This document shows, in pieces, positions 62,960 through 64,000 of a stretch of DNA of 64,000 nt (positions are counted from its first letter, which is position 1; each line of letters opens with the position of its first letter). Made by a program: the position numbers and the translations under genes. The DNA is taken from NCBI RefSeq assembly GCF_004010195.1, contig NC_057719.1:57701023-57765022 (forward strand), read 5' to 3'. This DNA comes from Chiloscyllium plagiosum. Taxonomy: Eukaryota. The notes under the pieces are model-generated. The model had not been told where the DNA came from, did no database searches, and saw nothing but the letters and a program-made list of their open reading frames with translations.

Positions 62960-63875
62960 ATGTCACAGCTATTCACAATCTATATCCAAGGTTTGGATGT
63001 GGGAATCAAACATTATTTCCACATTTCCTTATGACACAAAACTAGGTGGGAAAGTGAGTTGTGAGGAGGATGCAAAGAGGGGAATTTAGGCTATGTGTGT
63101 AGGCACGACATGACAAATGGAATATGCGCAAAACTATTAAGTTATCCAATTTGGTGGGAAAAACAGAAATGCAGAGTAAACCTTAAATGGTGAGGGATCA
63201 AAAACTGTTTATGTCCAAAGGGACCTGTGTGTTCTTACTCGGAAACAGTTAAAATGCAGGATCAGCAAGCAATTTAAAAGTGAAATGGTATATTGGTCTA
63301 AACTGCAAGAGAGCTTGAGAACAGGAGTAGCAACATTTTTCTTCAATTCTGTACAGCTTTGGTGAGACCACATCTGGTGCATTGTGTAAGGTTCCATCTC
63401 CTCACCCAAAGAGGTAATACTTGCAATTAAGGTTCAACAGACTGATCCCTGCCATAGTGACATTGTCATATGAGGAGAGAAGAGACTTGGCCTACGTTAG
63501 AAGAGTAAGAGCTAATCTTTTTGAAGCATCCACATTTCTCACAAGAGTCATCAGGATCTCTGCAGGAAGTTTGTTTCCTCTTGTTAAGGGGTTATAGAAC
63601 CAGGCCACACCGTCTCAGAATTAGAGAAATGCCTAGGTTTGAGTTGAGGAGAAATTTATTCACTCAGAGGATGACATATCTTGGAAGTGTCTACCCCAGC
63701 AGGTGTGGAGGTGCATTCATTAAATATACTCAAGAAGCTGACAGATTTCAAGGACTGTGAGAACATGGCGATGGGAACAAAGTAGCGTTCAGGTATATCA
63801 ACAATGATGAGTTGACACATCAGCAGATATGATGGGCCAAATAATGTACCCGTGCACCTGTTTCCTATGTACCAC
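62960..63875 (+). mobile_element. Old CR1 RT and 3' fragment
   Basis: YDTKLGGKVSCEEDAK, ggtgagaccacatctgg, RRNLFTQR. Confidence 0.8.
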
Positions 63876-64000
63876 TATGGATGCAACAAGTAGAGTAACT
63901 ATTATCACAAAGTTACAGGAAACAAGTTTAACAGAAAGCTGCGGAGTGTTACAAAATGTTGGCGATGTGTAAGAGGTCATCTCAAATACATTGAAAAGAC

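Noticed and set aside
1..64000. CRISPR array or prokaryotic defence/operon system
   Set aside because: No regularly spaced repeat-spacer array or gene-dense architecture; the sequence is vertebrate repeat-rich DNA

Overview
Repeat-dominated eukaryotic DNA. The repeat families (HE1-type tRNA-derived V-SINEs with (TAATC)n tails, HER1/CR1 LINEs, Penelope-like elements) point to a cartilaginous fish, probably a shark; this is inferred from recalled family features, not a database search. I found no intact protein-coding gene, rRNA, tRNA or CRISPR array. The main contents are: (i) a complete but mutated Gmr1-like Gypsy LTR retrotransposon (44548-53315, ATAC TSD, integrase before RT) carrying a SINE, an antisense LTR and a Penelope element, plus an older Gmr1-like copy (about 11.4-18.85 kb); (ii) a 12-kb stack of nested CR1 LINEs (26.1-38.5 kb); (iii) about ten Penelope-derived insertions with minimal hammerhead-ribozyme motifs, several of them fold-back palindromes with 11-16 bp TSDs; (iv) an ERV1-like solo LTR, Harbinger remnants, and Rex1/Babar and L2-like fragments; (v) decayed exon-like segments between the repeats, suggesting two unidentified pseudogenes (plus strand about 3.9-10.5 kb, minus strand about 42.5-59.7 kb) and an antisense exon with a SWIM-type zinc-finger motif. 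Assembly gaps lie at 6912-7353 and 30704-31401. Boundaries were read by eye and are approximate unless a TSD is given.
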